A DNA stretch of 60,712 bases, taken from assembly GCA_946623785.1 (NCBI GenBank), contig CAMORM010000002.1, positions 1-60,712 on the forward strand, given 5' to 3'. Origin of the DNA: an uncultured Verrucomicrobiota bacterium (GTDB taxonomy: Bacteria > Verrucomicrobiota > Kiritimatiellia > RFP12 > UBA1067). How positions within the stretch are numbered: position 1 is the first letter of the stretch; each line of letters starts with the position of its first letter. Below the pieces are notes generated by a model, which was not told where the DNA came from, searched no databases, and saw nothing but the letters and a program-made list of their open reading frames with translations. Both the position numbers and the translations under genes were made by a program. Below are positions 32,090 through 41,107 of the stretch, piece by piece.

Positions 32090-32896
32090 ATGAAGCTCCG
32101 TAAACTCCTTCTTGCCACCGCACTCCTCTCGGGCCTCGTGGCAGCTCCCCTCGCGTCAGTCCCCGTCCTTGCTCAGGATCAGGATGCAGGCGGCGACCTC
32201 GTAGCCACTGAAGGCGGCGGTGCGCCCGTCCAGACCACCAAGAAGGGCAACAGCGGGTTCCTTGGCGTCATCTTCGGTTCCGGCGCTCTCGGCGTCATCC
32301 TGTGGACGGCGCTGTTCGTCGACGGCGCGATCGCGATCTACTTCATCGTGGACTGCTTCGTGCTCATCAAGCCCGAGAAGATCATGCCCGCCTCGCTCAT
32401 CGCGAACGTCGAAGCCGCCATGGCGGAGGGCGACGTGATGAAGGCGCTCTCCTCCTGCGAGAACGAGCCCGGCCCGATGGCCAACATCCTCCAGGCCGGC
32501 TTCTCCCACGTGGAAGAGGGCTTTGACGTGATCCAGGAGGCGGTCACCGCGGCGGCCGACCTCGAGACCGAGCGCATCATGCAGCGCCTCACCTGGATTT
32601 CGGTGTGCTCGAACCTCGGCCCGATGCTCGGCCTTCTCGGTACGGTGCAGGGCATGATCATGTGCTTCAGCTCGCTGGCTACCGGAGCTCCCGACGTCGG
32701 CTCGCTGGCCCTCTCGATCGGACAGGCCCTCTGGACGACCGCCGGCGGCCTCTGCGTGGCAATCCCGTCCATCACCTTCTTCTACTCTCTCCGCAACAAC
32801 GCGAACCGCCTCATCCTCCGCATGACGGCCCAGACGATGGAGCTCATCAAGGGTCTTCGCAACGTGGAGGTAGTCGGAGACGAGGAGCAGGCCTAA
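32090..32896 (+). CDS. exbB: MotA/TolQ/ExbB proton-channel protein with an N-terminal signal peptide extension
   Basis: Family strings GPMLGLLGTVQGMI and ALWTTAGGLCVAIP. Three TM helices plus a cleavable-looking leader. Confidence 0.85.
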   Translation: MKLRKLLLATALLSGLVAAPLASVPVLAQDQDAGGDLVATEGGGAPVQTTKKGNSGFLGVIFGSGALGVILWTALFVDGAIAIYFIVDCFVLIKPEKIMPASLIANVEAAMAEGDVMKALSSCENEPGPMANILQAGFSHVEEGFDVIQEAVTAAADLETERIMQRLTWISVCSNLGPMLGLLGTVQGMIMCFSSLATGAPDVGSLALSIGQALWTTAGGLCVAIPSITFFYSLRNNANRLILRMTAQTMELIKGLRNVEVVGDEEQA

Positions 32897-32928
32897 TCGC
32901 GGACAGAGTAACCTGAGGTGCTATACCG

Positions 32929-33366
32929 ATGGCGACTAAGACACACGAGAACCCAGAACTCGACATGACGCCGATGATCGACGTCGTGTTCGAGCTCATC
33001 ATCTTCTTCGTGGTGACGCTGAAGATGGCTACGGACAAGGACGAATCCGTGCGCCTGGAGGACGGGAAGCACGGAATCATCCTCACTCCGGAAGAGCTGC
33101 CGCCTTCTCACATCACGATCGACATAGCGAAGAACGGGCGCATTTCGATGGCCAACGTGACTATGCACGGCCCCGAGATCACGCAGAAGATCAGGCAGCG
33201 CGTCGGCAAGTGGGGCACCGACTTCCCGGTGCTCATCCGCGCCGACTGGCGCTGCAAGCACGCCGCCGTTGCCGAGGTCATGAACGCATGCACCGCAGGC
33301 GGCGTGTGGAAGATATCATTCGTGGCTGTCCAGGAACGCAAGTCCGGGCAGAAGAAAACCGACTAA
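32929..33366 (+). CDS. exbD: ExbD/TolR biopolymer transport protein
   Basis: N-terminal LDMTPMIDVVFELIIFFVV motif, including the conserved Asp in the TM helix. Confidence 0.85.
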   Translation: MATKTHENPELDMTPMIDVVFELIIFFVVTLKMATDKDESVRLEDGKHGIILTPEELPPSHITIDIAKNGRISMANVTMHGPEITQKIRQRVGKWGTDFPVLIRADWRCKHAAVAEVMNACTAGGVWKISFVAVQERKSGQKKTD

Positions 33367-33381
33367 CCGAGGAACTGAGCC

Positions 33382-33780
33382 ATGAAATCCAACAGAAAGG
33401 AGCAGGAGCAGCCCAAGCTCGACATGACGCCGATGATCGACGTCGTGTTCGAGCTGATGATCTTCTTCGTGGTCACGCTGAAGCAGGACGACATCTTCTC
33501 CCGCCTCAACGCGAACCGCCCCGCTCCGAACTCAAAGCCGTCCGACTCCGCGCCGTCCGACCAGATCAAGATCGACATCGGTCCGGGAGGCTTCATCCTC
33601 AACGGGCGAGGAATGAGCAAGAGGGACCTGCGCGCGAACCTCAAGTCGCTTTCCGCGACGTCGAGGAACGCCACGGTCCTCATCAGCTGTACGATGGACT
33701 CGCCGCACATGTTCCTCATCGAGGCTCTCGACATGTGCCACGAGTACCGCATGGAAAACCTTTCGATATTCAGTATGTAA
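33382..33780 (+). CDS. exbD: ExbD/TolR biopolymer transport protein (second paralog)
   Basis: LDMTPMIDVVFELMIFFVV motif. Lies 15 nt after the first exbD. Confidence 0.85.
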   Translation: MKSNRKEQEQPKLDMTPMIDVVFELMIFFVVTLKQDDIFSRLNANRPAPNSKPSDSAPSDQIKIDIGPGGFILNGRGMSKRDLRANLKSLSATSRNATVLISCTMDSPHMFLIEALDMCHEYRMENLSIFSM

Positions 33781-33802
33781 GCAAGCAAGGGAGGGTGCAA
33801 AA

Positions 33803-35446
33803 ATGTCACTCAACGAAACAGACAACGTGATAGTCTCCGCCGACAGGTACAACGAAGCCGGCCTGTTCAAGCGCATCGGCAAGATGATGAAGGGCTTGTC
33901 CATGCGCCGCGACAGCCGCGAATACAAGGAGGCCCTCATCGAGCTGCAGCGCCTCTCGGCGCCGCTCACCGCAATACTGCTCCCGACGCTCGCGGTCATC
34001 ATCCTGATCGTCGTGTCGGCGGTAAGCGGAAACAAGCACGAGGAGATCCGCGCCGACATTGCGATGAACGACGACCAGGAGGAAAAGCTCGAGGAAATCG
34101 AGCCGCCGCCGGAAATGGAGCCGCCGCCGGAAATGGAGGTCGACCCCACGATCATGACCGACGTTCCCGCAGTGGGCAATCCTTCCGAGGTCGCGAACGC
34201 AATCGTCTCGAACGAGCCCGTAACCCCGAAGGTGAACAGCATCGACGCCATGCAGATGATAAAGTCGCCCGTCACGATGAAGAGCGTGTTCGGTTCGACC
34301 CGCTCCACCGGCAAGCGCGGCGCGTTCACCCGCGGCGGCGCACAGTACGGCGACGTGTTCACCGAGGCGGCGGTGCTCAAGGCCCTTCGCTGGCTCAAGC
34401 ACACCCAGAAGACCAACGGCAGCTGGGACGGTGGCTCCGCGCCGGCGATGACCGGCTTCGCGCTGCTCACCTACCTCGCCCATGGCGAGACTCCCTCGCA
34501 GTCGAAGGAGTTCGGCTATACCGTGCAGAAGGCGATCGAGTACCTCTTGAACTCCATCGAGTACGACCCCGACGGAAGGGCAAAGGCCTTCAAGGGCCAG
34601 GACGGCAACCAGTACTCCTTCCCGATCGCGACCTACGCTCTCTCCGAGGCGTACGGCATGACCCACAACCCGGACATCAAGTACCCGGCCGAGGCGTGCC
34701 TCAAGCGCATCGTCGACAACCAGTCCTCCACAGGCGGCTGGGACTACAAGCTCAACAAGGCCTCCAACCGCGACGACACCTCGCTTGGCGGCTGGTGCAT
34801 CCAGGCGCTCAAGGCAGGCAAGATGGCCGGCCTTCACCCGGACGGCCTCGACGAGTGCATAAAGAAGGCGATCAGCTGTCTCAAGACGCGCTCCTACGAC
34901 GAGAAGATCGGGTTCAAGTACACGGCCGACAGCAAGGGCGGCGGCGGACTGGCTGGCGTCGGCTGCCTCGCGATGCAGCTTCTCGGCTACAGCAAGGAGC
35001 CCGAGGTGCGCAACGCCCTCGGCGTGATGCGCGACTGGCTCCCGTCCTTCGACCCGATCAACGGCACCAACAAGAGCCCGCAGTACTACTGCTACTACGC
35101 CTCCCAGTGCAAGTACCAGGCCGGCATGGCCAAGTCCGCGTCGAAGAGCGACGCCGAGCTCTGGAAGAAGTGGAACCTCGAGATGAAGAAGCTCTACCCG
35201 CCCTCCATCATCACGCTCGACGAGAAGATCGAGGACGCGAACGGCAAGCTCCAGGAGATGGGCTACTGGCAGAACAAGGACCAGCACTTGCCCAGCAAGA
35301 CGATGGGCACCTGCCTTGCCGCCCTCCAGCTCATGGTCTACTACCGCTACCTCCCAACGACCTCCCTCAAGGCGACGGACGTCGAAGTCGACATCAACGA
35401 GGCCGCGAAGGACGCGTCCGAGGTGGGCGTCACGGTGGACATCTAA
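33803..35446 (+). CDS. TonB-position protein: N-terminal TM anchor, Pro/Glu linker, then a prenyltransferase/squalene-cyclase-like alpha/alpha toroid domain
   Basis: GGGAGGG RBS. TM helix LTAILLPTLAVIILIVVSAV. Linker EEIEPPPEMEPPPEMEVDP. Two QW-like motifs (LRWLKHTQKTNGSWDG and LKRIVDNQSSTGGWDY). I could not recognise a TonB C-terminal domain. Confidence 0.75.
   Translation: MSLNETDNVIVSADRYNEAGLFKRIGKMMKGLSMRRDSREYKEALIELQRLSAPLTAILLPTLAVIILIVVSAVSGNKHEEIRADIAMNDDQEEKLEEIEPPPEMEPPPEMEVDPTIMTDVPAVGNPSEVANAIVSNEPVTPKVNSIDAMQMIKSPVTMKSVFGSTRSTGKRGAFTRGGAQYGDVFTEAAVLKALRWLKHTQKTNGSWDGGSAPAMTGFALLTYLAHGETPSQSKEFGYTVQKAIEYLLNSIEYDPDGRAKAFKGQDGNQYSFPIATYALSEAYGMTHNPDIKYPAEACLKRIVDNQSSTGGWDYKLNKASNRDDTSLGGWCIQALKAGKMAGLHPDGLDECIKKAISCLKTRSYDEKIGFKYTADSKGGGGLAGVGCLAMQLLGYSKEPEVRNALGVMRDWLPSFDPINGTNKSPQYYCYYASQCKYQAGMAKSASKSDAELWKKWNLEMKKLYPPSIITLDEKIEDANGKLQEMGYWQNKDQHLPSKTMGTCLAALQLMVYYRYLPTTSLKATDVEVDINEAAKDASEVGVTVDI
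34100..34135 (+). repeat. Perfect 18-nt tandem duplication inside the TonB-like linker
   Basis: GAGCCGCCGCCGGAAATG occurs twice, encoding EPPPEM EPPPEM. Confidence 0.9.
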
Positions 35447-36670
35447 GTGACGTTCCCCGTATTTCTTGCCGCTAAGTACCTAAAGCCGAAGCGGTCGCTA
35501 GCGTCGGTCATCACCTGTGTGTCGGTGACCGGCGTTATGCTTGGTGTGGCGATTGTCGTCATCGTCCGCGCCGTCATGACCGGCTTCGGCGACATGTGGC
35601 AGGAGAAGATACTGAACTTCAAGCCGCACCTGACCGTGCTTGCGCGGTCGGGTGTCGTCATTTCGGACGACGACCGCCTCGTTCCCGAATTCGAGCGGAT
35701 CCCGGGCGTCTCGTGCGTCTCCCCCGAGATCGATACGCGCGTGCTGCTTGCCTGCGAGGGCCGCGTGAGCGCGCCCATGCTCCTGGGCGTGGAGGCCGAG
35801 AGGATGAAGAAGGCCTTCCACCTCGGCGAGCCGTACATGGGGAGATACGACCTCGACGGCGACTCCATCGTGCTCGGCATAGATCTCGCAGAGTCGCTCG
35901 GGGCGTATGTGGGCGCGAAGGTCACGGTCTATTCGCCGAAAACCCTTGTCTCGCGCGACGAAGTCGTTCTTCCCGTGAAGTGGACCGTCACCGGGATCTT
36001 CTCGACGGGGCAGCGCGACTACGACTCTGGCTATGCGGTTGCATCGCTCTACAACGTACGCGAGCTGATGGCGCTCGACAGCGGCGTGTACGCGATCCAC
36101 ATCAAGACCGACTCTCCGGCGGACCACGAGGCCTTCGGCAGAATAGCCGAAGCCGTCCGCGCCACTGCCCCGAACAGGAGGGTGATTACCTGGCAGGAGG
36201 CGGACCGCGGGATATTCAACGCCCTTGCCGTGGAGAAGAACATGATGGCCCTGCTGCTGATGTTCATAACGGTTGTGGCCATGTTCTGCGTAATGAACAC
36301 GCTTCTCGTGCTCACAGTCCAGAAAACCTCGGAGATCGGACTCCTAAAGGCGCTCGGTTTTTCGCCCCTCGAGATAATGGGCGCGTTTGTCGTGCACGGT
36401 TTCGTGCAGTGCCTGGCCGGAATCGTGCTGGGCCTGGGGCTTGCATTCGCCATCCTCGCGAACCTCCAGAACCTTGTAGAGCTTCTCGCCCGCTTCGGGC
36501 TCGAGGTCTTCCCGAAGGCGATCTACGGACTCGACGCGATACCGTACAGAATCGTCACCGCCGATGTCGTGTGGACCGTAGTCGCGGTCGTCGTGTTCGG
36601 CGCGCTCGCCTCCCTCATCCCGGCCACTGTCGCCGTTTCCAAGAACCCAGTCGAAGCGCTAGGAAAGTAG
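35447..36670 (+). CDS. lolE: LolC/LolE-type lipoprotein-release permease (FtsX/MacB fold)
   Basis: GTG start directly after the upstream TAA. N-terminus FLAAKYLKPKR. One TM helix, a periplasmic domain, then three TM helices. Confidence 0.8.
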   Translation: MTFPVFLAAKYLKPKRSLASVITCVSVTGVMLGVAIVVIVRAVMTGFGDMWQEKILNFKPHLTVLARSGVVISDDDRLVPEFERIPGVSCVSPEIDTRVLLACEGRVSAPMLLGVEAERMKKAFHLGEPYMGRYDLDGDSIVLGIDLAESLGAYVGAKVTVYSPKTLVSRDEVVLPVKWTVTGIFSTGQRDYDSGYAVASLYNVRELMALDSGVYAIHIKTDSPADHEAFGRIAEAVRATAPNRRVITWQEADRGIFNALAVEKNMMALLLMFITVVAMFCVMNTLLVLTVQKTSEIGLLKALGFSPLEIMGAFVVHGFVQCLAGIVLGLGLAFAILANLQNLVELLARFGLEVFPKAIYGLDAIPYRIVTADVVWTVVAVVVFGALASLIPATVAVSKNPVEALGK

Positions 36671-36682
36671 GAGCCGCGGACA

Positions 36683-37342
36683 ATGCTGCTTGAAGTCAAA
36701 TCGCTTGCGAAGACGTACAGGATTCCGGGACAGCCCGCGGTCGAGGTGCTGAAGGACGTGTCGTTCGAGGTGGCGTCAGGCGAGCGCGTCGCGATCGTAG
36801 GCCGGAGCGGAGCCGGGAAGTCAACGCTCCTCAACCTGCTCGCGGGGCTGGACAGGCCGACTGCCGGTTCGGTGACCCTCGACGGCCGCAAGGTCACCGG
36901 CAAGGTCCGCGCCGCCAAGATAGGATTCGTGTTCCAGAGCTACAACCTGCTGCCTGAGCTCGACGTGCTGGAGAACGTGACCCTCCCGGCGATGTCGTTC
37001 CGCGCGCCAGCGAGCATGACGGCGGCGAGGAAGCGCGCGGCCGAGCTACTCGAGGCGGTCGGGCTTTCCGCGCGAGCGCACCATCTCCCCGCGGAGCTTT
37101 CGGGCGGCGAGCAGCAGCGCGTCGCGCTTGCCCGTGCGCTCGTGTGCGGCCCGGAGCTCATCCTTGCGGACGAGCCCACGGGCAACCTCGACTCGCTCAC
37201 CGGCGCCGACATAATGCGCCTCCTCGTCGAGCTTTCGAAGGGGACCGACCTCGCACTCGTGATGGTCACGCATTCCGCCGAGGCCGCCGCCGCGTGCTCG
37301 CGAGTCCTCCGCCTGGAAGCCGGGCGCATAGCAGCTTCCTGA
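36683..37342 (+). CDS. lolD: LolD-type ABC ATPase
   Basis: Walker A GRSGAGKST, signature LSGGEQQRVALARAL, Walker B ILADEPT. Confidence 0.85.
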   Translation: MLLEVKSLAKTYRIPGQPAVEVLKDVSFEVASGERVAIVGRSGAGKSTLLNLLAGLDRPTAGSVTLDGRKVTGKVRAAKIGFVFQSYNLLPELDVLENVTLPAMSFRAPASMTAARKRAAELLEAVGLSARAHHLPAELSGGEQQRVALARALVCGPELILADEPTGNLDSLTGADIMRLLVELSKGTDLALVMVTHSAEAAAACSRVLRLEAGRIAAS

Positions 37343-37398
37343 AGGCGCCGCTCCTGCGGCGAGAGGCAGATTTTCTAGTGTGACGCGCGCGCCTAAAA

Positions 37399-37407
37399 TG
37401 GTATAAT
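37399..37407 (+). promoter_or_regulatory. Extended -10 box TGGTATAAT, 7 nt before ATG 37415 (leaderless candidate)
   Basis: Exact motif. Confidence 0.6.
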
Positions 37408-37414
37408 GCGCGCC

Positions 37415-39046
37415 ATGAAAATCACAGACGTACTTGCAGAGAACGCGGCCAAGTGGCCGAACGACGTCGCGCTTGTCGAGATCAACCCGCAGGAGCTCGA
37501 GAACCGCCACACAACGTGGCGCGAGTATTCCCTCATCGAGTCCTCTCCCGTCGAGGCCTTCAGGAGCGAGATAACCTGGGCGCAGTTCGAGGAGAAGGCG
37601 AACCGCTTCGCGAACCTGCTGCTGAGCCGCGGCTACAAGAAGGGCGACAAGGTCGCGATCCTCCTCATGAACTGCCTCGAGTGGCTGCCGATATACTTCG
37701 GCGTCCTGCGCGCGGGATGCATGGCCGTCCCGCTCAACTTCCGCTATACCGCCGACGAAATCAAGTACTGCCTCGACCTTTCGGACGCCGACGCGCTCGT
37801 GTTCGGCCCCGAGTTCACCGGACGCGTGGAGCAGATAGCGGACCGCATCCCGCGCGTGCGGGCGCGCTTCTACGTTGGCGACGACTGCCCGTCGTTCGCG
37901 GAGCCGTACCGCATCGTCTCGTACTGCTCGTCAAGGACGCCTTCCGTGGAGATTGCCGACGACGACGATGCCGCTGTCTACTTCTCGTCCGGCACGACCG
38001 GCTTCCCGAAGGCGATCATCCTCCGCCACTCGTGCCTCATGCACTCCTGCCGCGTGGAGCAGAACCACCACGGGCAGACCAAGGACGACTGCTTCCTCTG
38101 CATCCCGCCGCTCTACCACACCGGCGCGAAGATGCACTGGTTCGGAAGCTTCCTCGTGGGCGGCAAGGCAGTTCTCCTCAAGGGCGTGAAGCCGGAGTGG
38201 GTCCTGCGCGCCGTGAGCGAGGAGCACTGCACGATCGTGTGGCTGCTGGTGCCGTGGGCGCAGGACATCCTCGACGCGATCGAACGCGGCGACGTGAAGC
38301 TCTCCGACTACAGGCTCGACCAGTGGCGCCTCATGCACATCGGCGCGCAGCCTGTTCCCCCCGCGCTCATCAGGCGCTGGAAGCAGGTGTTCCCGAAGCA
38401 CGACTACGACACGAACTACGGGCTTTCCGAGTCGACCGGGCCAGGCGCGGTGCATCTTGGCGTTGAGAACATCGACCACGTTGGCGCGATCGGAGTCGCG
38501 GGCTACGGATGGCAGACGAAGATCGTCAACCCCGACGGCTCCGAGGTCGAGCCCGGCAAGGTGGGCGAACTTGCGCTCAAGGGCCCCGGCGTGATGAAGG
38601 AATACTACAAGAACCCGGAGGCGACGCGCGAGATACTTTCGCCGGACGGCTGGCTCCGCACAGGCGACATGGCCGAGCTGCGCGACGGCTTCATCTACCT
38701 TGTTGACCGCGCGAAGGACGTCATCATCACCGGCGGCGAGAACCTCTATCCCGTGCAGATCGAGGACTTCCTGCGCGGCAACGACGCGATCAAGGACGTT
38801 GCCGTGATCGGCCTTGCGGACTCCCGCCTCGGCGAGATCGCCGCTGCGATCATCGAGGTCAAGGAGGGCAGGACGCTCACCGAGGCGCAGGTGAACGAGT
38901 TCTGCCTCGGGCTTCCGCGCTACAAGCGCCCGCGCAAGGTCATCTTCGCGCCCGTGCCGCGCAACCCCACGGGCAAGATAGAGAAGCCGAAGCTCCGCAA
39001 GATGTACGGGGCGGATGCGCTCGTGGCGCAGCAGAACGGACTGTGA
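37415..39046 (+). CDS. AMP-dependent acyl-CoA synthetase/ligase
   Basis: ORF trimmed to ATG 37415; ATG 37406 lies inside the -10 box. Motifs SSGTTGFPKA, GWLRTGD, PRNPTGKI. Confidence 0.85.
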   Translation: MKITDVLAENAAKWPNDVALVEINPQELENRHTTWREYSLIESSPVEAFRSEITWAQFEEKANRFANLLLSRGYKKGDKVAILLMNCLEWLPIYFGVLRAGCMAVPLNFRYTADEIKYCLDLSDADALVFGPEFTGRVEQIADRIPRVRARFYVGDDCPSFAEPYRIVSYCSSRTPSVEIADDDDAAVYFSSGTTGFPKAIILRHSCLMHSCRVEQNHHGQTKDDCFLCIPPLYHTGAKMHWFGSFLVGGKAVLLKGVKPEWVLRAVSEEHCTIVWLLVPWAQDILDAIERGDVKLSDYRLDQWRLMHIGAQPVPPALIRRWKQVFPKHDYDTNYGLSESTGPGAVHLGVENIDHVGAIGVAGYGWQTKIVNPDGSEVEPGKVGELALKGPGVMKEYYKNPEATREILSPDGWLRTGDMAELRDGFIYLVDRAKDVIITGGENLYPVQIEDFLRGNDAIKDVAVIGLADSRLGEIAAAIIEVKEGRTLTEAQVNEFCLGLPRYKRPRKVIFAPVPRNPTGKIEKPKLRKMYGADALVAQQNGL

Positions 39047-39086
39047 GCCGCATGGTGCGGGCGGGGAAACGGAGCGAGGTGTTTAA

Positions 39087-40067
39087 ATGAGAATAGTCTT
39101 CATGGGATCATCCGAGGCTTCTGCGATGTGCCTGAAGGGCATCCTCAGGGAGGCCCAGCTCCAGGTTGTCGGAGTCGTGACGCAGCCAGACCGTCCCGCA
39201 GGTCGCGGGCGCGGCCTCACGCCGTGCCCATGCAAGAGGTACGCCGTCGAGCGCGGGCTCAAGAACTTCATCGCCCCCGATTCCGTGAACTCACCTGAGG
39301 CGCTCGCCCAGATCCGCGCGTGGAAGCCAGACGCGATCGCAGTCGTCGCGTTCGGGCAGTTCCTCAAGGCGGAGCTCCTCTCGATCCCTCCGAAGGGGTG
39401 CTTCAACTGCCACTTCTCCCTTCTGCCGAAGTACCGCGGAGCGACGCCCGTCACGGCAGCCATAGCGGCGGGCGACAAGGTGACGGGCGTTTCCGTGATC
39501 CGCATGGGAATCGGGATGGACGACGGCGATGTCCTGCTTTCGGCGATCGAGCCGATCAGCATGGACGACACCGGCGGCTCGCTCATGGAGCGCCTTGCGA
39601 TCCTTGGCGGTGTGACGCTCGCGAAGGCCCTCAAGATGATCGCCGCGAGGCAGAAGATAGTGGAGATCCCGCAGGTCGACGAAGAGGCGACGTTCGCGCA
39701 CAAGCTCACGAAGCAGGACGGGCTCATCAACTGGAAGCAGCCTTCTGTCGACATCGAGCGCAAGATACGCGCCTTCAACCCATGGCCGGGGTCGTACACG
39801 TTCCTGCCCTCGCGCCTGCGCAAGAAGGGGCAGTCTGGGCGGCTTGTCGTGCTTGGCGCCGTGTTCGCCAAGATCACGGACCAGGAGCGCGCCGAGCTTC
39901 CGGGCACAGTCCTCCGGATCGACCCGGCAGGTCCCGTTGTCAGGACGGGCAACTCGGCGCTCGCGCTCGTCGCGGTCAAGCCCGAGGGCTCGCGCCAGAT
40001 GGACGGAGCGTCGTTCGTGAACGGCCGCCCGCTCAAGCCCAAGGTCGACATGCTCTCCGACCGCTGA
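39087..40067 (+). CDS. fmt: Methionyl-tRNA formyltransferase
   Basis: N-terminus MRIVFMGSSE. Formyltransferase motif HFSLLPKYRGATP. C-terminal tRNA-binding domain. Confidence 0.92.
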   Translation: MRIVFMGSSEASAMCLKGILREAQLQVVGVVTQPDRPAGRGRGLTPCPCKRYAVERGLKNFIAPDSVNSPEALAQIRAWKPDAIAVVAFGQFLKAELLSIPPKGCFNCHFSLLPKYRGATPVTAAIAAGDKVTGVSVIRMGIGMDDGDVLLSAIEPISMDDTGGSLMERLAILGGVTLAKALKMIAARQKIVEIPQVDEEATFAHKLTKQDGLINWKQPSVDIERKIRAFNPWPGSYTFLPSRLRKKGQSGRLVVLGAVFAKITDQERAELPGTVLRIDPAGPVVRTGNSALALVAVKPEGSRQMDGASFVNGRPLKPKVDMLSDR

Positions 40068-40100
40068 CGCATGTTTGTGCTTGCCGTTCGCACGGCCGAA

Positions 40101-40109
40101 TGGTACAAT
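40101..40109 (+). promoter_or_regulatory. Extended -10 box TGGTACAAT upstream of the EIIA-CBS gene
   Basis: 22 nt before ATG 40132. The short leader has no obvious Shine-Dalgarno sequence. Confidence 0.45.
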
Positions 40110-40131
40110 TTTCGCTCGTTCCGCGCGGTGC

Positions 40132-41103
40132 ATGAACGTTTTCGACCGTCGGGGAAAAAAGACAACGGAGGACAAGTTGAACCAAAAAGACGATGTCCGG
40201 CTTACGGACTACTTTGGAGCGGAATCGGTGCTGCCGCACTGCGGCGACATGGTTCGCGACGACGTGGTTCGCACGCTGGTTGGAAAGATTGTCGCCGGCG
40301 GAGGGGTGCCTGTTGGCGCCGACGAGCTGGTGAGCGAAGTGCTGGCCCGCGAGGCCCTGGGCACAACCGTCGTAAGGGATGGACTCGCCGTGCCGCACGC
40401 CCGCGTGGAGGGGCTGAAGGAACCATGCGTGGCCGTCGCCACGAGCGTGCGCGGAATCGATTGGCCCGGCGAGCACCAGGGCAAGGTGCACATTGTGTTC
40501 CTCATGCTGATCCCCAGGGAGGACCCCGCGCTATACCTCAAGGTCCTGCGCGCGCTCGGCACGGCGCTAAAGGACCAGGAGGACTTCAACCTCGTCGCGG
40601 GGATGACGAGCGCCGGGGAAATCTACCGCTTCTTCAAGAACGGCCAGGCGTATCTCCCGAGGTACCTCACCGCGGCCGACTTCGTGACGAGCGACTGCAA
40701 GGCGATTCGCGACACCGACTCCCTCCAGATCTGCATCAGCGCGCTTATCGCGGGGCGCACCTCCGAGCTGCCGGTCGTGGACGCGCAGGGCCGCCTCAAG
40801 GGCGTGGCGCGCGCGGACAACATCCTGCGCGCATGCATACCGGAGCACTTCCAGTGGATGGACGACCTGTCCTCCATCCTCGACTTCGAGCCGTTCGTAC
40901 AGGTTTTGGACGATGAACACAGCACGCCCGTGACGACGATACTCGACGAGAAGTACCCGGTCGTCTCACCCGACAGTCCCGCTGTCCAGGTGGCATGCGA
41001 GATGATGAAGCACAAGAGCTCCAAGTGCTATGTCCGCGACGGCGACCGCTTCGTGGGCGTGGTGAAGCTCACCGAATTCCTCAACAAGGTGTTCAGGGAG
41101 TGA
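40132..41103 (+). CDS. PTS EIIA type-2 (PtsN-like) domain fused to a CBS pair
   Basis: ORF trimmed to ATG 40132. EIIA-2 segment with the His in GLAVPHARVEGL and HIVFLMLIP, followed by two CBS-like repeats (ELPVVDAQGRLKGV.., CYVRDGDRFVGVV). Confidence 0.7.
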   Translation: MNVFDRRGKKTTEDKLNQKDDVRLTDYFGAESVLPHCGDMVRDDVVRTLVGKIVAGGGVPVGADELVSEVLAREALGTTVVRDGLAVPHARVEGLKEPCVAVATSVRGIDWPGEHQGKVHIVFLMLIPREDPALYLKVLRALGTALKDQEDFNLVAGMTSAGEIYRFFKNGQAYLPRYLTAADFVTSDCKAIRDTDSLQICISALIAGRTSELPVVDAQGRLKGVARADNILRACIPEHFQWMDDLSSILDFEPFVQVLDDEHSTPVTTILDEKYPVVSPDSPAVQVACEMMKHKSSKCYVRDGDRFVGVVKLTEFLNKVFRE

Positions 41104-41107
41104 GCAG

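Noticed and set aside
28034-35287. Long minus-strand ORFs (28034..29869, 30497..31507, 33806..35287) opposite the TPR/Exb operon.
   Set aside because: They are shadow ORFs of GC-rich coding DNA. The plus-strand frames carry signal peptides, RBS or leaderless promoters, and family motifs.
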